DNA from: a bacterium
GTDB taxonomy: Bacteria; T1Sed10-126
Assembly (NCBI GenBank): GCA_003557545.1
Contig: PWOD01000238.1
Span: 1 to 36,291, forward strand
Length of the DNA: 36,291 nt
Direction: 5' to 3'
The translations under genes and the position numbers were made by a program. Below, one piece after another: positions 18,819-28,410 of this stretch (position 1 is its first letter; each line of letters starts with the position of its first letter). Under the pieces are notes generated by a model, which searched no databases, was not told the origin of the DNA, and saw nothing but the letters and a program-made list of their open reading frames with translations.

Positions 18819-19136
18819 ATGCCGGTTACACCGATTGATCTTCAGGTGCTTTTCATGCAGGAGGGCCGGGCAGCTCGAGAGCTGGACCGAAGCAAGAAAT
18901 TTTCTCAGGAGATGGGTTCATTTAAAGCCTTATTGCGGGCACATCAGGCCCAGGACGAACAGGTCAAAAAAATCGAAACAACCGAACTTACAACTGTCGA
19001 CGGAGAAAAAGGAGGAGGCAACAACAGCTATTACAACCACAGGAAAAATCAGGATCCCAACCAACCCGAATCCAAAAAGCCGACGCCCGATGCAAAGGAC
19101 CCTGACCGCGGGCGCAGAATCGATCTAAAAATCTAA
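18819..19136 (+). CDS. Small hypothetical protein
   Basis: Strong GGAGG RBS; MPVTPIDLQ N-terminus and GRRIDLKI C-terminus. Confidence 0.75.
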   Translation: MPVTPIDLQVLFMQEGRAARELDRSKKFSQEMGSFKALLRAHQAQDEQVKKIETTELTTVDGEKGGGNNSYYNHRKNQDPNQPESKKPTPDAKDPDRGRRIDLKI

Positions 19137-19141
19137 CCCGG

Positions 19142-20551
19142 TCAAACCTGCAAAAGTTGAAGCTGCTGCTCCCAGCACTGTTGCCAACCTTTAACCAGAG
19201 GGATTTCTGGACTTTCGCTGACCCTTAGATGAAGGTTATCCCAGGGATTTCCTATAAGAAATCGAGAAAAATTATCAGAAAAGATCAGGGAGCCCCGGGC
19301 TGTGACCATAGGCGAACTATTGACAACCAGCGGAAAGGGTAAAATGGCCCGGGCCAGTTCAGGAAGATAGGACATCTTAGCCAGATCACCGGCAAAAATC
19401 AACTTGAGATTGGAGGCCGGTCCAGCAATTTCACTGAGCGCCTGTTTAACCTGAAAAAGTAAACTGATTATAAGACCCTGGCAGAACTCACGAGAGGAAC
19501 TAATTTCAGTAAAATTCGATAGAATAGCCGGAGCCGAGTCAGGAAAAGCAACCCCACCACCATAAAAAGCCGGAGTCCACAGGGGTGGTTCCTCCGGCCA
19601 GGGAGGACTGACCCACTGGTTAAAGGACTGCCGGTTCATACCGAACACCCTGATAAGCCAGTTTACAGTGCTGCCCACGGCAGGTAAAAACCCTTCCACG
19701 CGAGGCCGTCGGGTCAATGTAGACTCCGATCGAATCTGATTATAGCCGGCTGCTGTAAAATCTGGCGAACAACGGCCACTGATCAAGCCATCGGTTCCCA
19801 ACCGCACCATAACCCGATCCCGTGGTGAGGGCTGACAACCCAGAGTGAAAGCCTCTTCCCGGGCAGTAAAACTGACAATAGTCCCATGCTTCCAGAGTTT
19901 TTCTGCCTTAACCGGCTGAGGTAACTGTTTACCAACTTCCGGCAGAATATTTTCCGGCAGGGCAAATCGCTGAAGAATATCCTGATCCCAGGCCGCCTTA
20001 TCAGGATTATAAAGGGCAGTCCGACAGGCAGTTGTTTGATCTGTCCAGAAGAGTTTGCCATCGGTAAGGTTCCAGAGTAACCAGGTCCCGAAGTTACCAT
20101 AACAGAGGTTACCCTGCGCGGCCTTACGTCCGATCTGTGGTTGCTTAAGAAAATGATACAGATTAACCAGCGGTAAACCGGGCTGTATAGTTATACCGGT
20201 CCGCTCAAAAATAAATTGTTGATGCTGGACAAGCCGCCGATACCCAGGTCGAGACCGTTGATCTCGCCAGTCTATAATAGGAGTTAAAGGTTTCCCGGTC
20301 TGACGCTCCCAGAGAATAAAACTACGAGGATCAACCGCTAGAGCTGCCTCCCATTTTTTTCTAAAGCTAAATCGATCAGGTACTGTTTTCAATCTTTTAA
20401 GCGAACGTTCAGGAGAAAAATATAACTCCCCCTTCTCCCGAACAACCGGCAGATGGACGGCCTCAATAGCTTTTTGGCGCCCCAGCTTTGAGAGCCAGAT
20501 GATTTTTATTAAACGTGGTCCAAGTTCTATGCCAAGTCTTGGTAAAGACAT
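19142..20551 (-). CDS. FGGY-family (glycerol kinase-like) protein with degenerate catalytic motifs
   Basis: WERQTGKPLTPIIDWRDQR, GTWLLWNLTDGK..TD.T.ACRT.LYN..WDQDIL..LPEV and PAFYG; canonical DxGTT and GDQ motifs absent. Confidence 0.82.
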   Translation of the reverse strand: MSLPRLGIELGPRLIKIIWLSKLGRQKAIEAVHLPVVREKGELYFSPERSLKRLKTVPDRFSFRKKWEAALAVDPRSFILWERQTGKPLTPIIDWRDQRSRPGYRRLVQHQQFIFERTGITIQPGLPLVNLYHFLKQPQIGRKAAQGNLCYGNFGTWLLWNLTDGKLFWTDQTTACRTALYNPDKAAWDQDILQRFALPENILPEVGKQLPQPVKAEKLWKHGTIVSFTAREEAFTLGCQPSPRDRVMVRLGTDGLISGRCSPDFTAAGYNQIRSESTLTRRPRVEGFLPAVGSTVNWLIRVFGMNRQSFNQWVSPPWPEEPPLWTPAFYGGGVAFPDSAPAILSNFTEISSSREFCQGLIISLLFQVKQALSEIAGPASNLKLIFAGDLAKMSYLPELARAILPFPLVVNSSPMVTARGSLIFSDNFSRFLIGNPWDNLHLRVSESPEIPLVKGWQQCWEQQLQLLQV

Positions 20552-20581
20552 TTGATCAACTCCAGAATATTTTAAAAAAGT

Positions 20582-21238
20582 TCATTCAAACCAGGTTGCA
20601 AGTTGTTCCGGGGTTTGCTGCAACAACTCCGGGGTTTTCAGCAACCTGACACCCTGCTTCTGCCAGCTATCAAGCAGCTGCTGACCGGTTTTCGAATCGA
20701 TCGCCCGGGTCGCATCAGACAGCAAAATTATGCGATAATCTTTTTCCAGAAAACCTTCAACAGCATATTTGACACAAACATCCAATGTTACTCCAAATAA
20801 TATTATATGTACAGGCTGGAGAAGAGAAAATACTGTTGAGGCGTTCGGATTAGAAAACAGATCAAACTGTTGTTTTCTGAGATAAACCTCCCCCTCATGA
20901 TCTTGTAGTTGCTGTTCCAAAAGATCCACCGGGATTTGTTTTGAGGGGATCCAGAGGGGGTTCCCAGGAGTAGTTTGCGGAATCTTCTGGGCACCCCAGC
21001 TGCCGGCCAAACAGTGCTTTGGATAGGTTTCTGAAAAATCAGGTGAGGCAGAGAGCTCTGCGTCAGACGGCTGATGATAGTCAACCGAGCCAGCAACCTG
21101 CAAAGAAAACTGTTTGGCATAATCTATAATGGCTGTGAAGTTCAGGATTAGATCTTCGGCTCCGTCAACATAAAGAGCCCCTTCAGGTCGGATAAAATCA
21201 TTCTGTGTATCAACATCCCAGAGAATAAGCTGATTCAT
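20582..21238 (-). CDS. pncA: Nicotinamidase/isochorismatase-family cysteine hydrolase
   Basis: DVDTQNDF..GALYV, DYH, PKHC, K and GVTLDVCV catalytic motifs; AGGAG RBS before the ATG at 21238. Confidence 0.85.
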   Translation of the reverse strand: MNQLILWDVDTQNDFIRPEGALYVDGAEDLILNFTAIIDYAKQFSLQVAGSVDYHQPSDAELSASPDFSETYPKHCLAGSWGAQKIPQTTPGNPLWIPSKQIPVDLLEQQLQDHEGEVYLRKQQFDLFSNPNASTVFSLLQPVHIILFGVTLDVCVKYAVEGFLEKDYRIILLSDATRAIDSKTGQQLLDSWQKQGVRLLKTPELLQQTPEQLATWFE

Positions 21239-21418
21239 TCCGTACAACTCCTGAATAACTGAAATATGAGACAAAAAAACTATGAATAATCGATCAACAA
21301 TTAAAGAGATTTCAAACTATACAGATAGTTTTTCAAAAAAATCAGCCTGTAAAGGGTTAAAGAACTCGACAAATCAACCGTTCCTAACTATCATATATTA
21401 AAGTCAAATATCAAAGCT

Positions 21419-21509
21419 GGAGGGGTGGCCGAGTCCGGTTTAAGGCACTCCCCTGCTAAGGGAGCATACCCTTAACAGGGTATCGTGGGTTCAAATCCCA
21501 CCCCCTCCG
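21419..21509 (+). tRNA. tRNA-Ser(GCT)
   Basis: GGAGGGG/CCCCTCC acceptor, CTCCC-CTGCTAA-GGGAG anticodon arm, long variable arm, G discriminator. Confidence 0.96.
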
Positions 21510-21606
21510 CTTCCAATCTGAAGGACTAACCTCGTTCAGTAAAATGATACAATAAACGGTCTGGATTTAAAGAGCAATCCGAACCACGAGGTTTGTCAGT
21601 TAAAAA

Positions 21607-21697
<91 letters not shown>

Positions 21698-21783
21698 TTA
21701 GTTTAACAGTTATGGTAGAACCGATACCGGGAAGTTTTTACCAATGGGAAAACTAATTTTTTATTGAAAGCTTGAAAATATTG

Positions 21784-22233
21784 ATGGAAAATCAAAACTG
21801 CCAGACGACAGAAAATGTGGAAGAAACTATAAAACTGGCAGAAGAACTGGCCCGATATCTAAAACAGTTCGACATTATCTTTCTGCAGGGTGAGCTTGGA
21901 AGCGGGAAAACAACCTTCGTCAAAGGACTGGTGGCGGGGTTGGGTGGCGATCCCGTTCAGGTGACCAGTCCCAGCTATACTTTGATAAACCGCTACGATG
22001 ATACCGACCCCATAGTTATCCATGCCGATCTGTACCGCCTTAACTCAATAGATGACCAGGAAACCGTCGGTTTAGAGGATTATTTTTTCCGGGGGTTGGT
22101 AGTGGTTGAATGGGCGGAAAAATGGGAACTGGGATGGGCGGGAAATTCATTACAGATAAAGCTTGAACATATGGGGAGAAACCAGCGAAAAATAACAATC
22201 AAGGAGAATAGATCCGATGATCTTAACGGTTGA
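21784..22233 (+). CDS. tsaE: tRNA t6A biosynthesis ATPase TsaE
   Basis: GELGSGKTTF, VTSPSYTL, HADLYRL and VEWAE. Confidence 0.95.
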   Translation: MENQNCQTTENVEETIKLAEELARYLKQFDIIFLQGELGSGKTTFVKGLVAGLGGDPVQVTSPSYTLINRYDDTDPIVIHADLYRLNSIDDQETVGLEDYFFRGLVVVEWAEKWELGWAGNSLQIKLEHMGRNQRKITIKENRSDDLNG

Positions 22234-22906
22234 GATAGTAGACCGAGGTGGTTCGGTTGGACTGTACAGAGATAAAAAAATCATTGCCCTGGAATATCAT
22301 AATTCTGCCCAACCACACTCGGAAAGATTGTTTCCCCGTATCAAACAACTCTGTGAGAGCAACTCAATAAAACTGCAAGAGATCGAACAGATCGGTGTTT
22401 GCCGCGGTCCAGGGGCTTTTACTGCAATCAGGCTGGGAGTAACGGCAGCGAAGGTGTTGGCAATGGTCTGTAAAGCACACCTTGTAGGCTTCAGCTCATT
22501 AGAACTACTGGCTTATTATGGTGCCGGATTCTCCGGAGAGATTCACAGCGTAATCGGTGCCCGCAGAGGTGAGCTGTATCATCAACAGTTCAGTTGGGAT
22601 AGTACAATCAAGGAGTCAGTAGCTATTACTGAACCACGCCTTGTAAAACCGGAAGTGCTGCGTAAAGAAACGTCAAAATCGACTCCAGTATTATTGATCG
22701 GACGGCCCCGCCAGTGGCAGCCCAACGCGGCTGACTGGCCGAACAACGTTGAGTTCTATCCAACAATAATCAGTCAGAATTTAGCACCGCCACTGTTAGC
22801 TCTAACTGTAAAGAGAGCGGTTGAAAAGCAGTTTGACGAAACCGACCTGATGGCTCCCTGTTACGTACGGGGTAGTGACAGTAAAAAGACCGGTGAGAAT
22901 AAATGA
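22217..22906 (+). CDS. tsaB: tRNA t6A biosynthesis protein TsaB
   Basis: HSERLFP, GPGAFTAIRLG, ARRGELY and P.YVR; follows tsaE. Confidence 0.9.
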   Translation: MILTVEIVDRGGSVGLYRDKKIIALEYHNSAQPHSERLFPRIKQLCESNSIKLQEIEQIGVCRGPGAFTAIRLGVTAAKVLAMVCKAHLVGFSSLELLAYYGAGFSGEIHSVIGARRGELYHQQFSWDSTIKESVAITEPRLVKPEVLRKETSKSTPVLLIGRPRQWQPNAADWPNNVEFYPTIISQNLAPPLLALTVKRAVEKQFDETDLMAPCYVRGSDSKKTGENK

Positions 22907-23394
22907 TAATAAGATTGGCAGGATTGAACGATTTGCCGTCAATTGCCAAGATTGAGCGGACCTGCTTTACGCTTCCCTTCACTGAAGAAAATCTTTATCA
23001 ACAACTTACTGGATCAAGACAGAGTCGCCTCTATCTGGCCGAATCCGAGGGTGAAATCATCGGCCACCTGGGCTGCTGGCTACAGGCCGATGAAGTAAAG
23101 ATAACAACCCTGGCAGTGCGGCCTGATCGACGGCGCCAGGGAATCGCCAGCGCACTACTAAGCCAGCTTATAAAACTCCAAAGAGGACTAAGAAATTATA
23201 TCTCTTTAGAGGTCAGATTAAGTAACATTCCGGCACAGAATTTTTATAAGAAAATCGGATTTAAACTATCCGGTAAAAAACTCAGCTATTACCGTGATAA
23301 CAATGAGACTGCCTTAATAATGTGTTACAGACTATCCGACTCTGCGGAGGTTCAGAGCAGTGTCTCCCAAACTACGGTTAAAGAAACAGCTTAA
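22903..23394 (+). CDS. rimI: Ribosomal protein N-acetyltransferase RimI
   Basis: LAV.P..RRQGIA, LEVRLSN..AQNFYKKIGF and YYRDNNE.A; tsaE-tsaB-rimI context. Confidence 0.9.
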   Translation: MIIRLAGLNDLPSIAKIERTCFTLPFTEENLYQQLTGSRQSRLYLAESEGEIIGHLGCWLQADEVKITTLAVRPDRRRQGIASALLSQLIKLQRGLRNYISLEVRLSNIPAQNFYKKIGFKLSGKKLSYYRDNNETALIMCYRLSDSAEVQSSVSQTTVKETA

Positions 23395-25174
23395 AAATTT
23401 ACCTCCTGAACCGGGGGTATATATTTTTAAAGGAGCAGGTGGAGAAGCACTTTATGTGGGAAAAGCTACCCGACTTTCCGACCGCGTCCCACAACATTTC
23501 AGAGAGGCCAGAACCAACTCTCGAAAAAAGGCTCTGATCAATGCAACATGGGAAATTCAAACAATTATTTTCGACAATGAAAAAGCAGCAGTACGGGCTG
23601 AATACGACCTTATCAAACAGCTAAAACCCCAGTTCAACATCGTGCATTGCGACGACAAATCCTACCCTTTCATCAGAATAACGACCGAGGAAAACTATCC
23701 ACGGGTACTGGTAACCCGGGAACGTCATACGGCCGACAGTGACTATTTTGGCCCGTACACAGACGTAAGTAATATGCGCCGGACGTTGAAGGCTATACGG
23801 GACATCTTTCCTTACCGATCCTGTAACTTAGAAATACCTGTGGGCGGCGATCCTGACAGGTACCGACCCTGTCTTGATTATTCAATAAAACAGTGTGAAG
23901 CACCCTGTGTGGGTTTTCAAACGATCGAGGAATATGGAAAAATGATTGAACAGATTAGCAAATTTTTGCGCGGCAGATACCAGCCGGTCAAGAACTATCT
24001 CGAACAGCAGATGCAGCAGTTCTCGGACGAAAAAAAGTTTGAAGCGGCAGCGGTTTACCGAGATCGACTCCACGCACTCAAAAAGATGATCGATAAATCT
24101 CCCCTGATCAGTTCGACCCGGGACGCAGATTTTCTGGCTATTGGAACAAACGAAACAGCCGGGATTATCGTCATCTTAAAAGTTCGGGACAACAGACTGG
24201 TAAACCGAATCGAATTTCCGCTGACATTTGTTGGAGACAGTCCCGAGCAGGCGCTGCGAGATTTCATCGCTACCTACTACCCGGTGGCTACCGAGGTCCC
24301 ACCGCTGTTGCTGTTGCCCCGGGAAATACCTGACCGTCAATTACTTGCCGAAACCCTTTCAGAACTCAGCAACCAGACAATCAGCATTAAAATTCCACGG
24401 CGCGGAGAAAAACTAAAACTAATTCGCTCGGCTAGCCGTACAGCAAAACTGGCCGCCACCAATGAAGCACTTTCACAACGTCGTAAAGAGGGTGACCTAT
24501 TACTGGCTGTTAAAGATCTCCTGGAGCTCCCGGTTCTACCAACAGTGGTTGAAGGGTTTGATATCAGCACTTTCCAGGGGAAACAGACTGTGGCAAGCAT
24601 GGTTAGATTTATCAGCGGAACAGCGGAAAAAAGGGGTTACCGACGATTTAGAATTTCCAAGCCTGCCGCACAGGACGATTTTGCTGCGCTCCAGGAGGTT
24701 GTCCGGCGACGCTACAAAAGAATTATCGATGAACAGGGACAGCTTCCGGACCTGGTGTTTGTCGACGGCGGTGCCGGACAGTTAAGTTCCGTGAAACAGG
24801 TCTTGAAGGAGTTTCAACTGGCCATTCCGGTTATCTCGCTGGCCAAACGGGAGGAGATCTTATATGTCAACGATCCCCATAAAACTTATAATCTGCCCGA
24901 AGATTCTAAAGTGCTCCAGTTATTCCAGAGAATTCGAGACGAAGCTCACCGCTTTGCGATAAACTATCACCGGGACCGCCGCAGAATGGGGATTAGTTCG
25001 AACCTGCGGGAAATAAAAGGAATCGGAGAAAAACGGCTGAAATCACTAATAAAAAGATTCGGAAGTCCAACAAAAGTTAGGGAGGCCCCGATTGAAGAGC
25101 TGCAGTCAGTCCCCGGAATAACTGCTGATATTGCAAAAAAAATTAAACAGCAGGAAGTGGAAGGCATAACTTGA
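23360..25174 (+). CDS. uvrC: Excinuclease ABC subunit C
   Basis: PGVY..YVGKA GIY-YIG domain, DDKSYPF, Cys cluster, UVR domain, GFDIS, VDGGAGQ, RDEAHRFA and HhH motifs. Confidence 0.97.
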   Translation: MSPKLRLKKQLKNLPPEPGVYIFKGAGGEALYVGKATRLSDRVPQHFREARTNSRKKALINATWEIQTIIFDNEKAAVRAEYDLIKQLKPQFNIVHCDDKSYPFIRITTEENYPRVLVTRERHTADSDYFGPYTDVSNMRRTLKAIRDIFPYRSCNLEIPVGGDPDRYRPCLDYSIKQCEAPCVGFQTIEEYGKMIEQISKFLRGRYQPVKNYLEQQMQQFSDEKKFEAAAVYRDRLHALKKMIDKSPLISSTRDADFLAIGTNETAGIIVILKVRDNRLVNRIEFPLTFVGDSPEQALRDFIATYYPVATEVPPLLLLPREIPDRQLLAETLSELSNQTISIKIPRRGEKLKLIRSASRTAKLAATNEALSQRRKEGDLLLAVKDLLELPVLPTVVEGFDISTFQGKQTVASMVRFISGTAEKRGYRRFRISKPAAQDDFAALQEVVRRRYKRIIDEQGQLPDLVFVDGGAGQLSSVKQVLKEFQLAIPVISLAKREEILYVNDPHKTYNLPEDSKVLQLFQRIRDEAHRFAINYHRDRRRMGISSNLREIKGIGEKRLKSLIKRFGSPTKVREAPIEELQSVPGITADIAKKIKQQEVEGIT

Positions 25175-25442
25175 TTTCCCGGGTCATAATAATCTCATCG
25201 GAATTTTCCAATCAGGTTCAGAAAAGAAATAATCACTTCGCCCGCTATTACCGGCCGGTCAACCTGTATAATTCCATAACCACTGATTAAATTTAACTCA
25301 AACCTTCACCCCCGTCAGTGATAACTCTAAATTCATGGCAAAACAGTGTACTATTCCAAAATGAATAGTCAAAATATTTTTAATTCACGAAAACAGCAGT
25401 TGATTTGTAAGAATAGTTTAGTAATGGATGGACAGGCAGAAG

Positions 25443-25513
25443 CTGGGCCGCCAGGATTCGAACCTGGAGTCACGGGACCAAAACCCGTTGCCTTACCATT
25501 TGGCTACGGCCCA
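25443..25513 (-). tRNA. tRNA-Gln(TTG)
   Basis: Reverse complement: TGGGCCG/CGGCCCA acceptor, ACGGG-TTTTGGT-CCCGT anticodon arm, CCAGG-TTCGAAT-CCTGG T-arm. Confidence 0.96.
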
Positions 25514-25530
25514 AACGTTGAATGATAAAT

Positions 25531-25559
25531 ATTATAGTGTGTTTCTACAATTCTGTCAA
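25531..25559 (-). promoter_or_regulatory. Consensus sigma70 promoter for tRNA-Gln
   Basis: TTGACA-N17-TATAAT on the minus strand. Confidence 0.85.
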
Positions 25560-25613
25560 AACAGCTGTGAGTTAATTGATCAATTTTCTGCAAAATCATA
25601 GAAAACTGCTTAT

Positions 25614-25642
25614 TTGACATTACCCTGTCGGAATAGTATTAT
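25614..25642 (+). promoter_or_regulatory. Sigma70 promoter for the M23-bactofilin operon
   Basis: TTGACA-N17-TATTAT. Confidence 0.7.
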
Positions 25643-25808
25643 TTAACTGTCATCATGGAATCTGGGCGCGGGAGTCAAAGATATAATTCGAAATTAGCCA
25701 GCACAGAGATTAAAATCAGGGCAATTCATAGCCGGCCATAAGAGATCTTTGGCGAACCAAACCAAACAGAAACAAGCACTTATTCTATTTATCAACCGGG
25801 TGACTGCC

Positions 25809-26720
25809 ATGGCTTCCTTGAAAGAGTCCTTTACTTTTATGTTGGTTCCTCACGGCAGCAGAAAATCCATCTCCATAACTATCCATCTGCTGGGGTTAAT
25901 ATCATTGGTCTGTATGGTCGGAATAATTGGAGTTACAGTTGTTTATTTTGCCGGGCTAGGGATCTTCCGCAGCCCGGAAAGATTGCAGAACGAGCTGGCC
26001 GATTACCAGCAACAGCTTAAACAGCTTGAAGAGGAAAACCAGCGGTTCAGACAGCAGGATCAATATGTAAAAAATTTACAGCAAAACCTCAGTGCGATCC
26101 AGCGTAAACAGCAGACACTCAGCGCCCTGACCGGACTGGATCTTCTAACTGAAGAGATTTCTCCAGAAAAACTGGGGGGCAGCTCCAATCCGGATGAACT
26201 TATCGAAAAACTTAATCTGACCCATGGCCAGCTGGCTAAACTGGATGAACTACAGGAGTTTGTCCTGAGTCGAGCGAAGATTCTGGAAAATACTCCGATG
26301 TTATGGCCAACCGAAGGTTGGATTTCATCCCGCTTTGGATACCGCCAGGATCCCATGGGTGGGCGGGGCCGCTCCTTTCATGGCGGGATAGACATTGCCG
26401 CCTGGACCGGCACACCGGTGCGGGCCACGGCTAACGGTACAGTGCGATTTTCCGGGACCAAAACAGGCTATGGTAAAACCGTGGTGCTAGATCATAAATT
26501 CGGCTTCAAAACTCTCTATGCCCACCTTAATGATCGGCTGGTCAGAAACGGGCAGAAAGTGGACAAAGGCGATATAATTGGCCGTGTAGGTCAGACCGGC
26601 TATGCCACCGGCAGCCATCTGCACTACGAAGTCATGATTAACGACCAGAAGGTTAATCCTAAACCTTATCTTGTTGAACATTACTCGCAATTTAGTAAAC
26701 AACTGGCACTGGAGGATTAA
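25809..26720 (+). CDS. M23-family peptidoglycan endopeptidase (TM, coiled coil, M23)
   Basis: SSRFGYR.DP, HGGID, YAHL and TGSHLHYEV zinc-binding motifs. Confidence 0.93.
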   Translation: MASLKESFTFMLVPHGSRKSISITIHLLGLISLVCMVGIIGVTVVYFAGLGIFRSPERLQNELADYQQQLKQLEEENQRFRQQDQYVKNLQQNLSAIQRKQQTLSALTGLDLLTEEISPEKLGGSSNPDELIEKLNLTHGQLAKLDELQEFVLSRAKILENTPMLWPTEGWISSRFGYRQDPMGGRGRSFHGGIDIAAWTGTPVRATANGTVRFSGTKTGYGKTVVLDHKFGFKTLYAHLNDRLVRNGQKVDKGDIIGRVGQTGYATGSHLHYEVMINDQKVNPKPYLVEHYSQFSKQLALED

Positions 26721-26721
26721 T

Positions 26722-27126
26722 ATGTTAGGAATAGAGTTTAACAGTTCAGATTCGGTAGAAACTGTAATCGGTCCGGAAACCAATTTTGAAGGTGTGTTCG
26801 ACAGTGATGAATCAATTCGGATAGAAGGTCATTTCAAAGGAAAAATCGACTGCCGGAAGACTCTGATAATTGGACCGGGGGGAGAGATTAACGCTGATAT
26901 AATAACCGACACTGCGATTATCGGAGGAAAAGTCGAGGGTAATATCGTGGCTCACAGAAGGATAGAAATCAAAAATTCCGGAGAAATATTTGGTGATCTT
27001 ACAGCTCCCGTTCTGCAGATTGAAAAGGGAGTTGTGCTGGAAGGCAGCTGTACAATCAATACCGGGGGGAAAGAAGCTTCCCAGAAGGTTACCTCTATCA
27101 AGGACAAACTAGGCATCTCAGAATAA
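26722..27126 (+). CDS. Bactofilin (polymer-forming cytoskeletal protein, CcmA/DUF583)
   Basis: ETVIG..FEG..IRIEG..G.I beta-helix repeats and IEKGVVLEGSC; GGAGG RBS. Confidence 0.92.
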   Translation: MLGIEFNSSDSVETVIGPETNFEGVFDSDESIRIEGHFKGKIDCRKTLIIGPGGEINADIITDTAIIGGKVEGNIVAHRRIEIKNSGEIFGDLTAPVLQIEKGVVLEGSCTINTGGKEASQKVTSIKDKLGISE

Positions 27127-27266
27127 TCCAACTCACCGGACAGACCAAAGATTTTCTCCACTGATCAATATATTCCCGTATAACCGATAAAACGGTCGAT
27201 ATTAACCGGTTCTTTTTGGTAGAATAAAGGGGTAAAGTAAAATCTCCAGTAAGGAAGTGTTTATCG

Positions 27267-27911
27267 TTGTTCATAACATTTGAAGGGCCCGAGGGTTCAG
27301 GTAAAACAACACATGCACAGCTACTAAAAGAGTTTTTGAAAACAAGAGGATTAGCCGTAGATTTAACCCGTGAACCGGGAGGGACGCCAATCGGTGAAAA
27401 TATTCGAGAAATTTTACTCGACCCCTCTCACAGTCAAATGAACGATAAAACTGAACTTTTACTCTATGAAGCTGCCCGTGCCCAACATGTAGCGGAGCGG
27501 ATAGAACCGGCTCTGGCGGCGGGAAAAATTGTAATCTGTGACCGGTTTGCAGACGCCACAACAGTCTATCAGGGAGTGGCCCGTGGATTAGGTTTGGGAA
27601 TTGTGAAAAAATTAAACAGTTTTGCAACTGGAAAAATCAGCCCTGATCTGACCTTTATTATGGATATTTCAACTGAAGAAGGTTTGAAAAAAGCCCGGGA
27701 CAGTTCCCAGGCCAAATGGAACCAGGAGAGCGGCGACAGAATAGAACAGGAAAACAACAGCTTTCATGAAAAGGTCAGAAAAAACTATCGTAAACTGGCT
27801 GCTGATAACCCAGATCGCTGTTTTTTACTGGAATTAACAAAACCGATCGAAACGATTCAGGCAGAGATCCAGACGATCACACTGCAGGAGTTAAAAAAAA
27901 TTGAAGATTAA
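27267..27911 (+). CDS. tmk: Thymidylate kinase
   Basis: FITFEGPEGSGKTT, TREPGGT, CDRF, YQG and DRIE. Confidence 0.97.
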   Translation: MFITFEGPEGSGKTTHAQLLKEFLKTRGLAVDLTREPGGTPIGENIREILLDPSHSQMNDKTELLLYEAARAQHVAERIEPALAAGKIVICDRFADATTVYQGVARGLGLGIVKKLNSFATGKISPDLTFIMDISTEEGLKKARDSSQAKWNQESGDRIEQENNSFHEKVRKNYRKLAADNPDRCFLLELTKPIETIQAEIQTITLQELKKIED

Positions 27912-28410
27912 CCGAACCATCGATAAACAGCTCCAGGACTCGGTAAAAAGCTGGAAAAGTGGTGCCGGCGAGACCGCTGCAGCTAAACCCGGAGAAGAAT
28001 CAAAACCATTTGAAAAAGCCATTTCCCGGAAGAACTTTGAACTCCTTGACCTGGAGGTCAAGGAACTGGTGCAGGAAGTAACAGAACGTGGGGAGGAACT
28101 CAAAGAAAAACCGGTCCCCGAACAGGCCCGCCGATATAAACAGGCCCTTGCTTCCTTTTTGAAAAAAGCGCTGTCTCTCTCTCAAACAGTAGAAATTCGA
28201 CGTGGCAAAAGATCTCTATCAATTGCCGATCTACAAAACCAGGAGGAGAAGCAGCACAGAATTGTCAAAAAAATAGATGAAAAAATCGACCGGTTAACAA
28301 CCGCTTTAATTGAACAGCAGGAAACAAATATCGATATTGCCGAGGCCGTCGATGAGGTTAAGGGACTGGTCATTGATCTTGTCAGCACGATCACCGATCC
28401 AGGACCATGA
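27901..28410 (+). CDS. yaaR: YaaR/DUF327-family protein
   Basis: Helical protein with RYK..L..FL, IV..ID..I..L and DEVKGLVIDL; lies between tmk and holB as in Bacillus. Confidence 0.75.
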   Translation: MKINRTIDKQLQDSVKSWKSGAGETAAAKPGEESKPFEKAISRKNFELLDLEVKELVQEVTERGEELKEKPVPEQARRYKQALASFLKKALSLSQTVEIRRGKRSLSIADLQNQEEKQHRIVKKIDEKIDRLTTALIEQQETNIDIAEAVDEVKGLVIDLVSTITDPGP

